A stretch of 64,000 bases of DNA, taken from IMG/VR virus record IMGVR_UViG_3300021599_000885, one strand, 5' to 3'. This document shows positions 62,610-64,000 of this stretch, in pieces; within the stretch, counting starts at the first letter, position 1, and each line of letters starts with the position of its first letter. The stretch comes from a virus. The notes under the pieces are model-generated. The model ran no database searches. It was given only the letters and a program-made list of their open reading frames with translations, and was not told where the DNA came from. The position numbers and the translations under genes were made by a program.

Positions 62610-64000
62610 TTATCCTCCCAAAGCAAGTATCAGTGGTGTTAAGTTTGCTTGTATCGCTCTGTTAAAGTCTCTTCCAGAAATAGTAGAGGTAGTTTGGTCA
62701 ATAGTTAGTCCTTGTCCAATTCTAAAGTTTCCTTTTTGATCTGTGCTGGTGAATGGAATTTGACCGCCATTAATAGCAACTATTTCATTTTCAGGAATAG
62801 GCACACCACCCTGGAAGGGGTTTGCTCTATTTATGTCTGTACCAGCACCGATATATTCAAAGGAGTGAGAACTGGTGATGATTCTACTTAGTCTTCTCAG
62901 TGAAACACTCACACCAACACCAACAGAATAAGGAACAAATTCATTGAAAGTAACAGTTGTAACACCAGTATTTGTTGGTTCTGTTGCAGTGTTTATAGTG
63001 TAAAGTATTGGATCCGTAATCGCTTCGGCAGTTGCTCCACCAGAACCAGAAATGGTGATAACAATATCCTGTTGATTAGATCCACTACCTGCGGGAAGGA
63101 AGTTTCTACCACTAGCAATAATATCAATAGAACTAATAGTTCCGGCAGCACTCACATTAGCAGATAGTTCGGCAAGAATTCCTTCAGGACCAAATGGTGC
63201 AGATACAGTTACATTAGGAGGAGCTGATGCACTATATCCAGAACCTCCATTGGTAACATTAATTGTTCTAATAGTTCTAAGTGGTTCCATAACAATACCA
63301 CTCTTTCCTCCAGTATTAACATAATCGTCAAGGTTTATCTTGAAGAAAGCACCCTGACCATCAAATGGTTTTCTTATATTCGATAGATCATCTCTCATAT
63401 CGAAGAAGGTATAAGTATCTTGTTCCGCAGCAACTGTTGTCCCAGTAGTAATTCCAGTAAACTCATCACCACTGGTTCCATCAGCATACAAACCATAATC
63501 ACCAAATGAGGAGTTAGAGTTTGTTAGGTCACATTGTCCACCACTACCAGCAAAGATACCAATCTTAGAGTTGATAGTAAAAATAGAAACTAACTGAGCA
63601 TATGCTTTGTTAGTGATAGAAACGCCAATACCATTTTGGTTATATTGAGTAAATGAGTCACAAACCATACACTTGAGGTCTTGCCCAAGATTATTAGTTC
63701 CGGTAAAGGCAGCAGCAACATGGTCTCCGTCTATCTTCATACCAATACTGTTACTCATAAAGTTCGTACAGTTACGAACATATGGAGATCTCCATCTTCC
63801 ACTTGGACCTTCATTGCAAGGACCAGGATCCAAGAAACCAGATCTAGCACTACCAATACCAGCTGGTGGTGGGAAAGCAACAGCAGCACCAGTAATAGAC
63901 AATGGTGCAGAATCATCATAAGGATCTTTACTGTAAGCAAAACTCAAACTATCAATCAAACATCCTCTTCTAACATAAAAGACATCATCATTGTTTTGTG
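62610..64000 (-). CDS. Large tail fibre/structural protein (5' end outside window)
   Basis: Frame open to the right edge (QNNDDVFYVRRGCLIDSL...); SPYVRNCT, YAQLVSIFTI, SSHSFEYIGAG and TSTDQKGNFRIG motifs are shared with 45763-51012. Confidence 0.85.
   Translation of the reverse strand, partial: QNNDDVFYVRRGCLIDSLSFAYSKDPYDDSAPLSITGAAVAFPPPAGIGSARSGFLDPGPCNEGPSGRWRSPYVRNCTNFMSNSIGMKIDGDHVAAAFTGTNNLGQDLKCMVCDSFTQYNQNGIGVSITNKAYAQLVSIFTINSKIGIFAGSGGQCDLTNSNSSFGDYGLYADGTSGDEFTGITTGTTVAAEQDTYTFFDMRDDLSNIRKPFDGQGAFFKINLDDYVNTGGKSGIVMEPLRTIRTINVTNGGSGYSASAPPNVTVSAPFGPEGILAELSANVSAAGTISSIDIIASGRNFLPAGSGSNQQDIVITISGSGGATAEAITDPILYTINTATEPTNTGVTTVTFNEFVPYSVGVGVSVSLRRLSRIITSSHSFEYIGAGTDINRANPFQGGVPIPENEIVAINGGQIPFTSTDQKGNFRIGQGLTIDQTTSTISGRDFNRAIQANLTPLILALGG

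Overview
A 64-kb segment of a T4-like cyanomyovirus genome, with nearly all genes on the minus strand. In transcription order (right to left): (1) a late virion-fibre island at 64000-52330, with a partial large fibre protein, three collagen-like (GAQ)n fibre genes each coupled to a different tip protein, a 2OG-Fe(II) oxygenase and a sulfotransferase-like gene; (2) a candidate sRNA, a Phd-like gene and three tRNAs at 52320-51390; (3) tail fibre genes, including one with an S74 chaperone and a gp38-like adhesin, at 51012-42525; (4) a long early region at 42460-16460 with about 90 mostly small genes, including a helicase, glutaredoxin, 2OG oxygenase, GIY-YIG/NUMOD3 homing endonuclease, CP12, DNA methyltransferase, HExxH peptidase, ligase-like protein, HicA-like protein and a PD-(D/E)XK-like nuclease. 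This region carries 17 copies of a 24-bp palindromic box, 16 of them 28-30 bp upstream of a clear -10 element, and contains a repeat-rich origin-like locus at 20280-21180; (5) baseplate genes gp25, gp6 and a >3900-aa gp7 that runs off the left edge and is absent from the ORF track. The most notable observations are the palindrome/stem-loop promoter cassettes, the origin-like locus with a counter-oriented promoter firing into a G-tract array, the modular collagen-stalk/swappable-tip fibre array with 8-Cys cassettes, two stand-alone small-RNA transcription units, and four deletion or frameshift scars. All calls were made by eye; no searches were run.
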